From NCBI GenBank assembly GCA_025594325.1, contig JANHCV010000016.1, forward strand, positions 434,001-498,000: 64,000 bases of DNA. The letters run 5' to 3'. The position numbers and the translations under genes are program-made. Positions 12,241 to 24,975 of the stretch are shown here, in pieces. The notes beneath the pieces were generated by a model. The model worked only from the letters and a program-made list of their open reading frames with translations, did not search any database and had not been told where the DNA came from. Position 1 is the first letter of the stretch; each line of letters opens with the position of its first letter. The stretch is from Blastocladiella emersonii ATCC 22665 (Eukaryota > Fungi > Blastocladiomycota).

Positions 12241-13242
12241 ATGCGAACCACCAACGTCGACCTGCCCAACTACTTCGAGGTGCTCAACACCTCCTCCAAG
12301 GCCAGCGACAAGGAGGTCCAGGCCGCGTACAAGTGTGCAGTGCTCCCGCATCACCCCGACATGCAGTCGGCGAACGCACGCTACGACAGCGAGGACGACT
12401 TAGACTTCCCCTACATCCCAATCAGCTTCGCCCAAGGCCGCAGCGACGGCGTCAGCAAGGCGTTTGCGCTCATCAACGAGGCGTACCTGGTCCTATCCGA
12501 CCCGAAACTCCGCGCGCAGTACGAGCGTGCGCTGCGGTCCATGGCGAACCTGACCAAGGAGACCAAGGCGGACGCGCTCGCCATGGTCGCCAAGTTCCAG
12601 CGCGTCGTGATGCAGGCGTTCGGGTCGGGCGACCCGGGCAAGTTCACGGCCGTGTTCAACTACGTGTTCGAGCCGCTGCTCGCGCGGGCGATCAAGGAGC
12701 GCGAGGGTATGGAGTCCGAGAAGAAGGAGGGCGAGGCGACCGGCTCGCTGTGGACGGTCGCAGGCGCGTCGTCAGCCGCGGCGTTCGGGTTTGTGGCGGG
12801 TAACGCGGCGGGCGCAATCGTGGGCGGCATGGTCGGCGCAGCCATGGGTTACCTCCGCGACTTGACGGGCAAGGCGGCGCTCGAGCTGTGGTGCGACATG
12901 CTGCCCAACGAGCGGCACGAGGTGCTGCTGCGCGTGTGCGAGATTGTGTCCAAGCAGTACGGCTTGGACGTGGCGAGTCTGACCGGAACGGACAAGCACG
13001 GACAAGCAGAGTGGGGTGTATATAAACGAGAGCGCACAATCACGGGTGTGAGACGAAGGGAAAGTTACTGGAGGGCGGCCTGCAGACCGAAGCCGGGCCC
13101 CGTGGGCTCCTCGAGCAGGGTGGTGGCGCCGCCGTGGGGCTCGCAGCCCTTGCGGCCCGAGACGGGGCCGGGCGGGGGCACCTTGCCGTTGGCGAGCTGG
13201 TCGATGATCTTGATGGTGGCCTCGGGGGTGAGGTCCTCGTAG
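12241..13242 (+). CDS. J-domain/glycine-zipper protein (copy 3) with extended C-terminus
   Basis: NYFEVLN...HHPD...[21 protein letters not shown] and [17 protein letters not shown]. The frame runs on into the antisense strand of the NDUFV2 3' end, so the true 3' end is uncertain. Confidence 0.7.
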   Translation: MRTTNVDLPNYFEVLNTSSKASDKEVQAAYKCAVLPHHPDMQSANARYDSEDDLDFPYIPISFAQGRSDGVSKAFALINEAYLVLSDPKLRAQYERALRSMANLTKETKADALAMVAKFQRVVMQAFGSGDPGKFTAVFNYVFEPLLARAIKEREGMESEKKEGEATGSLWTVAGASSAAAFGFVAGNAAGAIVGGMVGAAMGYLRDLTGKAALELWCDMLPNERHEVLLRVCEIVSKQYGLDVASLTGTDKHGQAEWGVYKRERTITGVRRRESYWRAACRPKPGPVGSSSRVVAPPWGSQPLRPETGPGGGTLPLASWSMILMVASGVRSS

Positions 13243-13892
13243 TAGTCGTCGTTGACGGCGAGGACGGGGGCGTTGACGCAGGCGCCGGCGCACTCGACCT
13301 CGACGAGGGTGAACTTCTTGTCCTTGGTGGTCTCGCCGAGCTTGATGCCGAGGTGGTCCTCGATGGCCTTGACGATCTTGGAGGCGCCGCACAGCTCGCA
13401 CGGGGTGGTGGTGCAGACCTGCAGGAAGTACTTGCCGATGGGCTCGCGGTTGAACATGGTGTAGAAGGTGGCGACCTCGTAGACGCGCATGGGCGGGGTC
13501 TCGAGCAGGCGGGCCACCTCGTTCATGACCGAGATGGAGGTGAAGCCGTGCTGGCGCTGGCCCAGGTCGAGCAGCGGCATGGTGGCGCCCTTCTTGTACT
13601 GGGGCGGGTACTTTGCGACAATCTCCTCGGCAATCTTCAGGTTCTCGGGCGAGAACTTGAAGGGGAGGTCGGGGTTGTTCTCGGGCGTGTCGCGGTGCTA
13701 CGATAGCGTAGGTCCGAGGCGTTACTCACTCGCGGGGGTTCGCAGCGGCCGTAGTGCAGCGTAGTAGCGATGCAATACCACAAACAGCTTGTCCGAGGCG
13801 GCCACGGCGGTCGCGGAGAAGGCGCGGCGGGCGACGGGCGGGCGGGCCACGGCGGCGGCGGCCACGCGCGAGGTCAGGGCGCGAGCAAACAT
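13065..13892 (-). CDS. NDUFV2: NADH:ubiquinone oxidoreductase 24-kDa subunit (complex I, 2Fe-2S)
   Basis: Mitochondrial presequence MFARALTSR..., intron 13698-13778, motifs [16 protein letters not shown] and [11 protein letters not shown]. Confidence 0.95.
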
Positions 13893-14714
13893 GGTTTCGT
13901 AGATGCGTTGCAGTAAGTGGTTCGCGGCGGTCAAGCGATGCGCGAGGAGACGCGATCGCAAGGGCCGCGGCCGGCCGCCGGCAGCCACACACGCACGCGG
14001 TCCGGCAACGCTTCGCGATCCAAAGGCGAGGAGAATCGAGATCGAGCGCAAACCTCGGTCACGCGAGCCGGCGTGATGCGGATCCGCCCGGTTTTGCGGC
14101 TGAAACAAGAAGGACCGGTCGCCTGCGCCACCGCCGCGCCCACGCGTTCGCCGCGCCGCGAAGCGGAAGGGACGCCGCCGCCCTCGACGCCCACTTGTCC
14201 CCCCTCCCTCCTCCTCGCCTGACAACAATAACACAGTGCCCACTGCGGCCAGCTACGCATCAACACCCTCCATTGCATCTCGCGCACTGCACGCGCGCCG
14301 CCGACCGACCGCAGCCCCGGCCACAGACTCGCCCACCGACTTGACGCGCCGTCACGGATTCCTTATCATCACCGCGGCCGCAGCACCATCGATTCGACTC
14401 GGCTCGGCTCAACTACGCCCGACTCGCGACACCCGCGCCGTCTTGCACATTTCCCGCCAAACGCGCTCCCAGAACGCGTCCCCTGCCCGCCGCGCCGCCT
14501 GGTTGGTTCCCCCACGCCCGCCCTATCGCTTGACGGGTCCTGCACGGTGGCTGGTCCTCCTGCTGCACCCCCTCTTGCATATCGCACCGTCGCCCTGCAC
14601 GACCGCGTGGGCCACGTCGGTCCGACAACGCGTGCCGCCCGTTACGGCGACTACAAGTACCGCGCGCTCCCGCGCTCCATCGACCCGAGCGCCACCCACG
14701 CCATCCCATCGACC

Positions 14715-16031
14715 ATGACCTCCTCGTCCAGCACCGCGCCGCCCGCGGCCATCGAGCTGGTGCCGCGCGTCATGAACTACGCGTGGGGCAAGCACGGCAC
14801 CGCGTCGGCCGTGGCGCGCCTGGCCGAGCACCACCTCGACGCGCCCATTGACCAGAAGCTGCCGTACGCCGAGCTGTGGATGGGCACCCACGTCAACGCG
14901 CCCGCCGTGACCCGCGACGCCGACCGCGCCAAGCTCGGCGACCTGATCGCCGCCGACCCAGTCCGGTACCTCGGCCCGCGGCTCGCCGCCCACACGGCCG
15001 ACCTGCCCTTCCTCCTCAAGGTGCTGTCCGTCGGCAAGGCCCTCTCGATCCAGGCCCACCCCGACAAGCGGCTCGCCGAGCGCCTGCACGCTCAGTTCCC
15101 CGACGTGTACCGCGACGCCAACCACAAGCCCGAGATGGCCGTCGCCCTGACCGACTTCGAGGCCCTGTACGGGTTCCGGTCCACGCGCGAGGTCGCCGAC
15201 CACCTCGTCGACTACCCGGAGCTCGCCGCCGTCGCGGGCCGCGAGGTCGCCGACGCCTTCATCGCCATGGCAGCCGCGCCCGTCCTCGAGGACGCGCGTC
15301 CGTACCTGCGTGCGCTGTTCTCGGCCGTCATGACGTGCGATTCTGCGGTCGTCGCCGAGATGCTGGCGACGATGCTGGCGCGGATCCGGAAACCGCCCGG
15401 CGGGCCCGCGGACCCCGTCGGCCGCCTGATCGCGCGCGTCCACGCACAGTTCCCCGGCGACGTCGGCGTCTTCTGCGTGCTACTCATGAACCACGTCACG
15501 CTCGCCCCCGGCGAGGCCCTGTTCCTCGGCGCCAACGAGCTGCACGCGTACCTCGCCGGCGACTGCATCGAGGTCATGGCTACCTCCGACAACGTGGTCC
15601 GCGCCGGGCTCACGCCCAAGTTCAAGGACGTGCAAACGCTCACCGAGATGCTCACCTACACCCAGCTCACGCCCGCTGCGTCCCGCCTCGCCGCGGTCCC
15701 GCACCCGGACCCAACGTTCGCCGCAGCGACGACCGTGTTCGACCCGCCGATCCCCGAGTTTGCCATCCACTGCACGCGCGCCGCCGACTCGGACTCGGAC
15801 GCAGAAGGCGTGCCGCTCCCGCCCGTCGACGGACCCAGCATCCTGATCGTAACGCAGGGCGAGGGCGTGCTCGAGACGCCCGACGCCGCCATCGACCTGG
15901 TCCCCGGCACCGTCGTGTTCGCCGTGCCCAATACCCACGCCGCGGTCCGCGTGCGCCATGGGTTCGGCGCCGACGTCGTCGTGTACCAGGCCTTCTGCGA
16001 CCAGGAGCTCCCGCCACCACGCTCGCCGTGA
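14715..16031 (+). CDS. PMI40: Mannose-6-phosphate isomerase, class I
   Basis: Motifs NYAWGK, PYAELWMGTH, LPFLLKVLSVGKALSIQAHPDK, YRDANHKPEMAVAL and SDNVVRAGLTPK. Confidence 0.95.
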   Translation: MTSSSSTAPPAAIELVPRVMNYAWGKHGTASAVARLAEHHLDAPIDQKLPYAELWMGTHVNAPAVTRDADRAKLGDLIAADPVRYLGPRLAAHTADLPFLLKVLSVGKALSIQAHPDKRLAERLHAQFPDVYRDANHKPEMAVALTDFEALYGFRSTREVADHLVDYPELAAVAGREVADAFIAMAAAPVLEDARPYLRALFSAVMTCDSAVVAEMLATMLARIRKPPGGPADPVGRLIARVHAQFPGDVGVFCVLLMNHVTLAPGEALFLGANELHAYLAGDCIEVMATSDNVVRAGLTPKFKDVQTLTEMLTYTQLTPAASRLAAVPHPDPTFAAATTVFDPPIPEFAIHCTRAADSDSDAEGVPLPPVDGPSILIVTQGEGVLETPDAAIDLVPGTVVFAVPNTHAAVRVRHGFGADVVVYQAFCDQELPPPRSP

Positions 16032-16134
16032 TGATACACGCGACGCCTCTTTTTTGTGAATACTTCTCTCGGATATACAAACTTTTATGATACACGCTAC
16101 GTTGGCAAATGGAATGGCACAGCAAACATCTTGT

Positions 16135-17631
16135 CTAAGACGACGAGCTTGACTCGGGCTCCGCGGCGAGGTACACGGGCAGCCCCATCGTGAGGACGAG
16201 GTACACGATCGCGGGGACACACGTCACGAGCAGGTACCCCGCGCCCTTGCGCGGCGCGAGCCCGTTGAACTCGTTGACGAGCGTCGACACGGTCGACAGA
16301 CACCCGCAGAACCCGAGCTGCACCGCGACCGCGTACCCTGCCGCCTCCTTCCCCCGCTCTCTCGTCCCCAGCGCCACCCCACCGTACACGGCGACCGCCA
16401 GCAGGTTCGCCGCCAGCGTGCCCCACGGTGCACGCACGCCGGCGCCTAGCGCGTACCGCATCAGCGCGCCTGCGGGCGCCAAAGCGAGGGAGAGGAGCAG
16501 TTGCACGTAGCCGTCCGTTGGACCCCACGCGGCGTGCGTCACGATCGCGCCGACGATGGCGAGCGTCCACAAGGCAGCGCCGACGGCGACCGTGAACCCG
16601 TCGCGCGCGGAGAGCGGGCCGCGAAAGCGCGCGGGGAGGTACGTGACGGGGGCCGCGCCGAGGTCTGGGTCCGCGACGGGGAAGCCCGTGCCGCGGATCA
16701 AGGCGCCCAGGTTGGTCCCGACGCGGAACGCGGCGTAGGATGACGAGAGGGCGGTCGTGAGCAGGATCAGCGAAAAGAGAAACTACGCGAAGCGAGGCGT
16801 TAGAGCGGGCCGGCAATGTCGCACGGGCGTGAAGAAGCGTACAGGGTATCCCGACTTCCACCCATCATGGACGACGAGCGGCGCGACCGAGACCGCGGCG
16901 ACCGTCGAGAAACTCGTGATGGCGCCGCACAGCCCCGTCGTGAGCCCGACGTACAGCGGCATGTATATGCGGCTGAGGTACGCCTTGCCCTGCACGACCC
17001 ACCCCATGACGGCGCACCCGACCAGCTGCGGCACGTACAGCGACGCGAGCGCCGCCCACGTCACGGCGTGTGCGCCGAGGTCGCGTGGGTCAGTCGTGGC
17101 GCCGATTGCGTGCGTTCGTGGCGCCAGCACAGCTGACGGACCGCCGCTCACCACGATCCGGATCACGGCGCCCAGGACTGCGAATAAGACGACGCTGCCC
17201 GCGATCGGAACGTGCTTCACGTCTACGGCGACGTGCGCCGGGTCGTCCTCGAACGCGAGCGGGTCCATGGTTGCCGGCGACGGTGACGCGGCAGGGACGG
17301 GCGACGTGGTCCTGCTCGGGCCTCCCGCGGCCGACGCGGGCTTGGTGTCGACCGAGTTCCACGGGCGCAGCGGGAGGACGACGAAGCTCGACGCGGCCGG
17401 GGCGGCGGCGATGATGCCGGCAGCAGAGCTCCCGCTGACGCTGGGCCGGCCCATCAGTCGGCCGGACGCGGAGCCGGACCCGGACCCCGAGCTGGCCGAC
17501 GACGGGGCCAGGGACGCGGCCGAGGCGCCGATGGCCGGGCTCAGCGGCGGCGACGCGAGCGCGACGGCGGCGGGCGCGGTCGGCGGCCTGCTGCTGCCGC
17601 CGCTTCCGCTGCTCATCGCATTGAGTTCCAT
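16135..17631 (-). CDS. FEX1: Fluoride exporter FEX (tandem CrcB/Fluc domains), 2 exons
   Basis: GLTTGLCGAITSFST and GFCGCLSTVSTLVNE are the two Fluc signature copies. An intron near 16782-16843 joins WKSGYP|FLFSLILL. Confidence 0.85.
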
Positions 17632-17845
17632 GATAACGCTGAAGTTGAGTTGATGGTGCGGGGGAGAATAGGCCAAACGCAGCTGCAGGCGGCGCGTCAG
17701 CCTCGCGCCACTCTTGCCCACCACACGTGCGCCCGGAGTAGAAAAAAAAAACTGTCTCCCCAAACGCGACGCGTCGCGCGACGCGTCCTTTGCCTCGCGC
17801 CCCTCCCCGTCCGCGCTCCCCGACCTCACGCGATCATGTAAGAGA

Positions 17846-19898
17846 ATGGACATCAAGGACATCAACGACGAGCTGCGCACCTCGTTCCTGCGCGAGTGCC
17901 GCCGCCTCAACATCCACCCGTCATCCCTGGTCCTCGACCAGCTCGGCGTGCGCGGGGACCCCGGCCGCGCGGCCTCGCCGTCGTCGCCGTCGCGGTCCGC
18001 GTCTCCACGCAAGTCCTCGCTCGCCGACCCGACCGAGCACGCTGATGCGCTGTTCGGTCCCGTCCTGCGCCTCGCGGGGCAGGCCATTGACCGGAAAACG
18101 ATGAAGGCGCTCGCGGCGGTCCTCGAAAAGGACTCGCGGTTCCGCAGCATCGTGCTCGCTGACGCGTTCCTCGGCGACGATGGCACTATTGCCGTGACCA
18201 AGGCCCTGCGCGAGAACCCGTACGTCGCGCGCCTCGACCTCCGCGGGAACAGTATCCAGCTCGAGGGTGGGCTCGCCGTCGCCGCGTTCCTCAAGGCCAC
18301 GCGGTCGCTCGAGGAGCTCGTCCTCGAGTGGAACGCGCTCGGGCTCTGGGACGAGGTCATGGGCGCACTCGGCGACGCGCTCGCTATCAACACGTCGCTC
18401 CGCACCCTCGACCTGCGCAACAACAAGATCGGGCCCGCCGGCACCGAGCTCCTCGCGCAGGGGCTGCGGACGAACCGCACACTGCTCACGCTCGGTATGC
18501 TCCCACTCATCCAACCCTCAAATCGCGCTCTAACGCGCTTCACTAGACATGCGCTGGAACAACTCCGGCTGGCTCGGCGGCACCGCGCTCGCGACACTCT
18601 TCCAGTTCAACTCGACCCTCACCGCGCTCGACGCCGTCGGCAACGACATCCCGGACCCGACGCTGCGCACCATCCACGTCGCCCTCGACCGCAACGCGCG
18701 CGCCACGCGCCAGGCCCGCGACGCCGTCCGCATGCACGACGCGCTGCAGGGCGCCCACGCCGCGCACGCCGAGGCCCTTGCCCGCGTCCAGCACGACCTC
18801 GCCGACCGCGAAAAGGACGTTGCCCGGCTCGCCCGCGCGCTGGCCGCCGCCGAGAACGAGACCGACCAGGCGCGCGACGCCACGCGCGCCGCCGAGGCAA
18901 GGACCGCGACCGTCGCCAAGGAGCGCGATGCACTCGCGAGCACGCTGCGCGAGGCGCAGGACGCCGCCGAAACCACGCGCACCGCGCACCTCGCGTCTGA
19001 ACGCGCCCTGCGCGCGTCGCTCGCCGAAGCGCACCGCCGCACCGCCGAGTCCGAGGCGAAACTCGCCGCCACCGCCGCCGACCGCGACGCCGCCCTCGAG
19101 TCCGTCGCCGCCGCGAACAAGGAGATTGACCGGCGCCGCGACCGCGAGCGGCGGCTCGCTGCGGACCACGCCGAGGCGCTCGAGGCCGAGAGCCGTGCGG
19201 CCGCGGACCGCGTGGCGGCTGTCGAGCGCGCCCGGGATACCGAGCTCGCGCGGGCCGCGGCGGCCGCGCAGCGGCGCATCGACGAGCTCGAGGCCACCGT
19301 CGCGGACCGCGACCGCGAGCTCCGCGAGACTCGCGCGGCCGCCGACGAGCGGCGCAAGGCGCTCGAGGCCCAGCTCGCCGACGCTGCGACGCGGGCGCGC
19401 GCAACCGAATCGGCGCGCGTGCGCGCGCTCGAGGAGGAGGTCGCCCTCGCCACGGCCGCGCGCGACACGGCGACGCGCGAGACGGAGCGTGTCCGCGCGG
19501 CCCTACTCTCGTCAGTCCGCGAGGCCGAGACCGCGGCTGCGCGCGCGGCGCAGGACAAGGCTGCGGCGGCCGAGGGGTTTGGCGTGACGGCGGCGCAACT
19601 CGCGCACGTCCAGGCCGAGACCGCCGAGCTCCGCGCGCGGATCAAGGAGGCGGGCGAGCGCGCGGCCACGGCGGTCGCGGACGCAGAGCAGCTGTTCCGC
19701 GACAAGGAGCGGCTCAAGGGCGACAAGCGCGAGCTCACGCGCGAGGTCGAGCGGCTCCGCGAAGAGGTCAAGCGGTTTGAGGCCGACGAAGAGCGGCGGC
19801 GTCGCGGTGAGCGCGAGCGGCTCAAGCAGCTCGAGTCCGCGTTCGGAAACTATCTCCATGGCGCGCTCGCGCACTCGGACGGGAAGCCCGGCGTGTAA
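17846..19898 (+). CDS. LRRC45: LRRC45-like leucine-rich-repeat + coiled-coil centrosomal protein, 2 exons
   Basis: LRRs LDLRGNSI, LVLEWNALGLWD, LDLRNNKI and LDMRWNN resemble LRRC45. Intron 18495-18546. Long coiled-coil C-terminus. Confidence 0.75.
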
Positions 19899-19929
19899 GA
19901 TTATGAATAAATAAACGTGACTGTATCGC

Positions 19930-22900
19930 TCATGGCGTCGCTCGTGCGGACTCGGCCGCTTCGGTCGCGACCGGTTGTGGTGAAGCAGGTCGACTTGGTG
20001 ACGCTGTCGGTTGAGGCGACACGGGCCGCGTCGACGCGGAACTCGCCCGGCCCTCCTCCTCGGCGGCTGCCGACGACGTCGGCCGTGGCCGCTCATCCTC
20101 GTGGATCGAGGCGAGCGACGTGCGCTGGCTCCGGAGAATGTGGTTCGAGCCCAGCCGCCGGCCCACCGCTTGGACGAGTGACAAGGACTTGTCCGTGGCC
20201 GACGCTTCCGCCGCTGCGCTGGCCCTGCGAGACCGCGGCTCGGGCGTCGTGGCGATCACTGATGCGCTCTGCGGGACCCGGAGCACAGTGTCGCCGTCGC
20301 CGCCGTCCGTCTCCGAGAACCGCGACACCTCGTCCGTGAGCTCGAGGTCGTGCTCGCTGCCGAACCACCGGTACACGGCTGTGAGCCGCTGCACGCGCGC
20401 GTCGTCCCACTGCTCGACCTTGACCATGGACCCGAGCCGCGACAACCGCTTCCGCAAACTACCCTTGGACGACGCCGAGATGGCCTTGCGCCGCAGCACC
20501 AGGACGTGCCACAGGAAGAACCATGGGATCAGGAGCAACGGGATGACCAGGAAGAAGATCAGGATCCCGTAGCGCGCTGTCATCAGGAACTCGGCCGTGC
20601 TGCCCGACACCTTGAGCATCGACGAGGCGCAGAGCACGACTACACGTGAGCGAGCGTTCAGCGTTGGCCACGAGCAGCGAATGGGCACTGCTTACACATG
20701 GACGCGTAGGTTGCGATGCGGAAGTGGTTCTCGAACACCGAGTGTAACGGGCGCGAGTACCAGTGCTCGAGCAAGTACAGCCACAGTATCATGAGCACGA
20801 CCATGAGGTTGAGCAGGTACTGGTCGTTCGAGTCCTTGGGGATCACGACCGACGCCATGACCACAGTCGCGCGCTTGACGAGATCCACGACGCCGTAGTA
20901 CGCGTGGCTCTTCTTGTACGACGCGTAAAACACGCCCAGCCGCTTGAACGCCTCAGGGTCCCCGAGCCGGCCCATGCGCATGAGCCGGCGAATCCGCGCG
21001 AATAGCATGACGGGGATCACGCCGACCCAGATCACCAGCACGATGATCGCGTACAGGAACGCGGGGACGTGGTGGCCCGCAAAACACAGCACGTCGGGCG
21101 ACTCGACCAGGAACCGGCCGCGCGACCCGATCTGCCGGCAGTTGAGCAGCTTGAGCGCGCCCTCGACCACGGGCATAAACGTGAGCGTGAACAGAATAAA
21201 GTACCGCGCGAGGAAGAAGTAGCGGATCGACGTGACGTGGCGCAGCTGCGGCGGGAGGTACGCCTGCACCCGGGACAGCCGCGGGTAGCGGACCTTGAGC
21301 GCCGAGTACGCGAGCGCGATGGCGTGGTAGAAGCCAAGCGCGAGCCAGAAGGCGAACGGCATCACCGCCTTGACGATAATGCGGTCGAGATTCGAGAGCG
21401 GAAGGACGCAAACACCTGAACCGTGGCCGTGGTGAGCGAGATCTCAGGACCGTGGTGAGTGAGCGTACCGGACGGGACCATCCCGTTGAAGATGCTGTCG
21501 ACGTTGAGCGTGGCCAGCTTGAGCACGATGATCTGCGCGAGGTCGTCTTGGTGGAGAACGAATCCTGCGAGCTGAAAGAAGAGAAGCTACACAAGCGCAC
21601 GAGTTCTGGATCAGCCATCGCATCACGGCAGCTAGCGCAAGCACGTACCAGGTCGGACACGAACAGCGACTCACTCGACGACCCGAGGACCATGAACGCC
21701 GCGATCACGACGAGGCAGCTGAACACAGGCACCGAGAGCAGTCCCGCGCCCATGCTCCCGTTCGTCGAGCAGTCAGCGCAGACGCCGTTCCACTGCGAGA
21801 AGTTGGGATCGGCGCACGCGCTGCACATGTTGCCCGTGCGGTCGGCGGGACACACGGCGTTGAGCGCGCACGGTGGCTTCTCGCAGCAGTTGCCGTTGGC
21901 GCATGGGAAGAACAGCGGGCTGGTCGGCGCGCTCGACGAGTCGTACCAGTACCCCTTTTCGACGAGCAGCTCGGACCCGCCCGGACAGATAGCGCCTGCG
22001 GGGCACGCGCGACAGGTTCCGTTCGTGACGAGGTTGAATGTGCCCGTCGTGCACCGCGAGCACACGAAATGTGTTGTGAGGTTCTGCAGCTCGGTGCCCG
22101 GCTGGCACGTCGTCGGCGCGCGGTGCCACTCCGGGATCATGTACTGCCACTTGGCCGTGTTGTTGCGCAGCCACTGGCACGTCGCGTCCTCGACGGTCAG
22201 GTTGAGGTACTGGATCGCGCCGAGGATGTCGTTCATGTCGATCTCGTCGATGCGCAGGCTCGTCAGGAAAGAGTACGCCTGCGGCGCCTTTTTCGTGATG
22301 TTGTCCGAGACGAAGCGCTTCACGAATGTGGTGCCTACACATGGTGTGTGAGATGACGATGGACGGGTGACACGAGAAGCCGTACTATAGCCGCACGCGT
22401 AGCTGTCGGTGACGAGGTCGCTGCTGTTGCAGGTCGAGGTCCACTTGGGCAGCGTCACCTGGACCAGCTTGAAGCCCGAGTACCGCGAGAAGACGGCGTG
22501 CGGCGTGTAGAGGTACTAGAGTAGCGAGGTCACGGCGTTAGCACAACGGGATGAGCAAGGACATCACACGGCGTACCCCGAGCCACGGTCGCCGCTGTGA
22601 ATACGCGTCCTGAAGTCGCGACACGATACCCTCGTCGATGGGCGGGTTGATCTCGTCGACCACGAGCCGCAGCTTGAGTAGCTTGATCAGGATGGCTTCC
22701 ATCGTGCCCCAATATGTGGCATTCGGCGCGTGGATGGTGCCGAAGCCCGTGCTCGACGAATCATCCTCCTCGTACGCGCGCAGGATACAGGCGGTGATGT
22801 TGTACGAGCTCGAGCTGGACATGCACTCGGGCGCGGTCAGGCGCTGCGTGGTCCGTTGCGCCGGCGTCAGGACCGCGGGGATGCGGTCGATGGACGAGAC

Positions 22901-23440
22901 GACGTTGGGATCGAAAAGCGACGCCGTCTGCGCGTACTTGAGCGGGATGTACGACTGGTAGTCCGAGTTGTAGTCGGTGACGTAGCTCGTCGTGTACCAG
23001 CCCGTGTTGCCGACGTAGCCGAGCAGGGCCTCAGTGACGCCGGGTACGCCGATGGTCTGGTCGGCGATCGTCTCATCCCAGTTTTCGAGATCCGCGTCCG
23101 CATAGCCGTCACGCAGGACGTAGCGTGACGTGAGCGGCGAGTAATCGATGCCCGTCTGCTCGAGAATGCGAGCGACGAGGTCGTAGTAAGGCACGGCGGA
23201 CGACGCGACACCGAGCTTCTCGGCGAGGAGAATCTGCGCCATCTCGTTGACCACGAGGTTCGAGTTCCACGTGTACTGAAGCAGGGTCAGGTTATTCTTG
23301 CGGTCGACGAGCTTGTCGGGGATCGCGTCCGCGAAACATTTTTTCGATGGGTTGTAGGCACTGGCCGGTGGAATAGCAAGTAGAGCCAAAACTGCTAGGA
23401 CCGCAACTGCGAGCAGCAGTCGCTGATCGGAATGCATCAT
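19930..23440 (-). CDS. Receptor-like membrane protein: signal peptide, glycine-betaine-type periplasmic-binding domain, Cys-rich repeats, multi-TM (about 7) region; multi-exon
   Basis: N-terminal hydrophobic leader. WNS..VNEM...ILLAEKLG, PWLG|YLYTPH and CQWLRNNTAKW resemble OpuAC-type binding proteins. CxxC repeats lie at 21770-22120, with TM-rich exons at 20500-21740. Confidence 0.7.
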
Positions 23441-23720
23441 GTTGCTTCCATGGACAATCTAATCGGGCGAGGGTAAGGAGGACACATCCGTGCCCATGCA
23501 GATCCACATTTGGGCGGCGGTCGGTGTCTCCCAGCGGTTGTTTGCGCGACGCGACGCGTTTCGATATCACGTGTGGTGATCGGACGCGTTGCGCCACGCT
23601 TGGTTCGCTCCCCGGTTCGTTCAGCGGCACTCGCCGAAAGCCGCCTCTACGCGGTATGAGGTGATTGCGGTGAGCGTTCTTGTTCGACTCAGCCACAGAG
23701 GAAACGGACGCGTCAGCGAA

Positions 23721-24699
23721 GCTACCTCTCGGCCAACGGGTTCGGCATCGCGATCGGCTTCTCGCACGCGGGCATGACGGCCGAGGGCGATGACTCGGTG
23801 CTGATGCAGAAGGTGGCCAAGGAGCTGATTGACGCGGCGGCGCACGGCATCGTCAAGTACGCGGACCCCAAGTGGGCCGGCGACCTGGCCTCGCCCGAGG
23901 GCCTGCTGGCGCTACTGCGCACCTTCGAGCAGGCGCTGCTGCGCGAGCTCGCCACGTCCATGGAGGTGCAGACCAAGAAGCAGGGCAAGCGCGTGTTCGA
24001 CGTGTGGATGGGCACCGAGTCGGACCGCATCCAGGCCCTTGCGCGCGCGTTCGGCGAGCGCATGTCGGCCGACGCGTTTGTCGAGGCGATCGCCGCGGCC
24101 AAGGCCAAGGGCGACGCCGAGGCGGCCGCCACGCTGCGCCAGGTGTTCGACCTGTACCTGCTGCACGTCGTCAACCAGCAGCTCGCGCACTACCTCGTCC
24201 GCGGCATCCTCACGCCCGCGCAGGGCCAGACCATCCAGGCCCGCCTGCACGCGGCCGTCAAGGTCGTGGCCGCGTACGCGCTCCCGCTCGTCAGCTCGCT
24301 CGGCCTCGATGGCGAGATGGTCCGCGCCCCGATCGCCGGCGACTGGCTCAAGTTCAACTCGTTTGACAACCAGGGCGAGACTACCACCCGCCCCCGCATG
24401 TAAGGTCCTCGTTTGTGTCTGAGTTGGCTGTTGTTTGTCATCATTCGTCGCGCGTTGCGACCGACCCTGCTACGGGTCGCTCTTCCTCTCTCTCCCTCCC
24501 TCGTTTGTTTGTTTGCTGCTCTGAATGTGATTCGTTTCGCTTCCTCGACGTGTGAATCTTTGAAGAAGAGTGGCTCGCGTCCTCGGATCCCTTGGTCAAA
24601 CTCGGAGGTTCGGCCCTTGGCTCGCGCGCGAGTCAGCCTCGTGTGTGGCGCAACGCGTCTCTCGCGTCACCCGTGGCATCGCGACGACGTGTCGCGGCC
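23721..24699 (+). repeat. Left arm of a 979-bp inverted duplication; copy of the acyl-CoA oxidase 3' CDS, 3' UTR and flank
   Basis: Reverse complement of 24976-25954; paired coordinates sum to 49675 at every point checked. Overlapping ORF translations are identical. Contains the 5'-truncated ORF 23774-24403. Confidence 0.95.
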
Positions 24700-24975
24700 T
24701 CAGCTCATTGCCTCCGATCCACCGCCATTTGCTTGGTCGCCGCCTTGAAGCACTTTAGGTTTAGCATTGTAGAGCGTACGTAGAGGTACGGGAGGAGCGC
24801 CAACAGGGCTCGCTGCATGAAACTCGTCCGGGCCAACTCTCCCGGGCGAAAGGTTGCGGCGGGCCTTGCCAATTCCAGTTCACGGTACTAAATACTCGCT
24901 TTTCTCCAGCGTTGAAGTGGGCACGACAATCCAGAGGTGGTGGTCGTGGGGCGATTCAAACGCTGTTGCGGAGAT

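Noticed and set aside
23774-24403. 209-aa ORF as an independent second acyl-CoA oxidase
   Set aside because: It is the 5'-truncated copy inside the inverted duplication and lacks the FAD-binding and catalytic regions.
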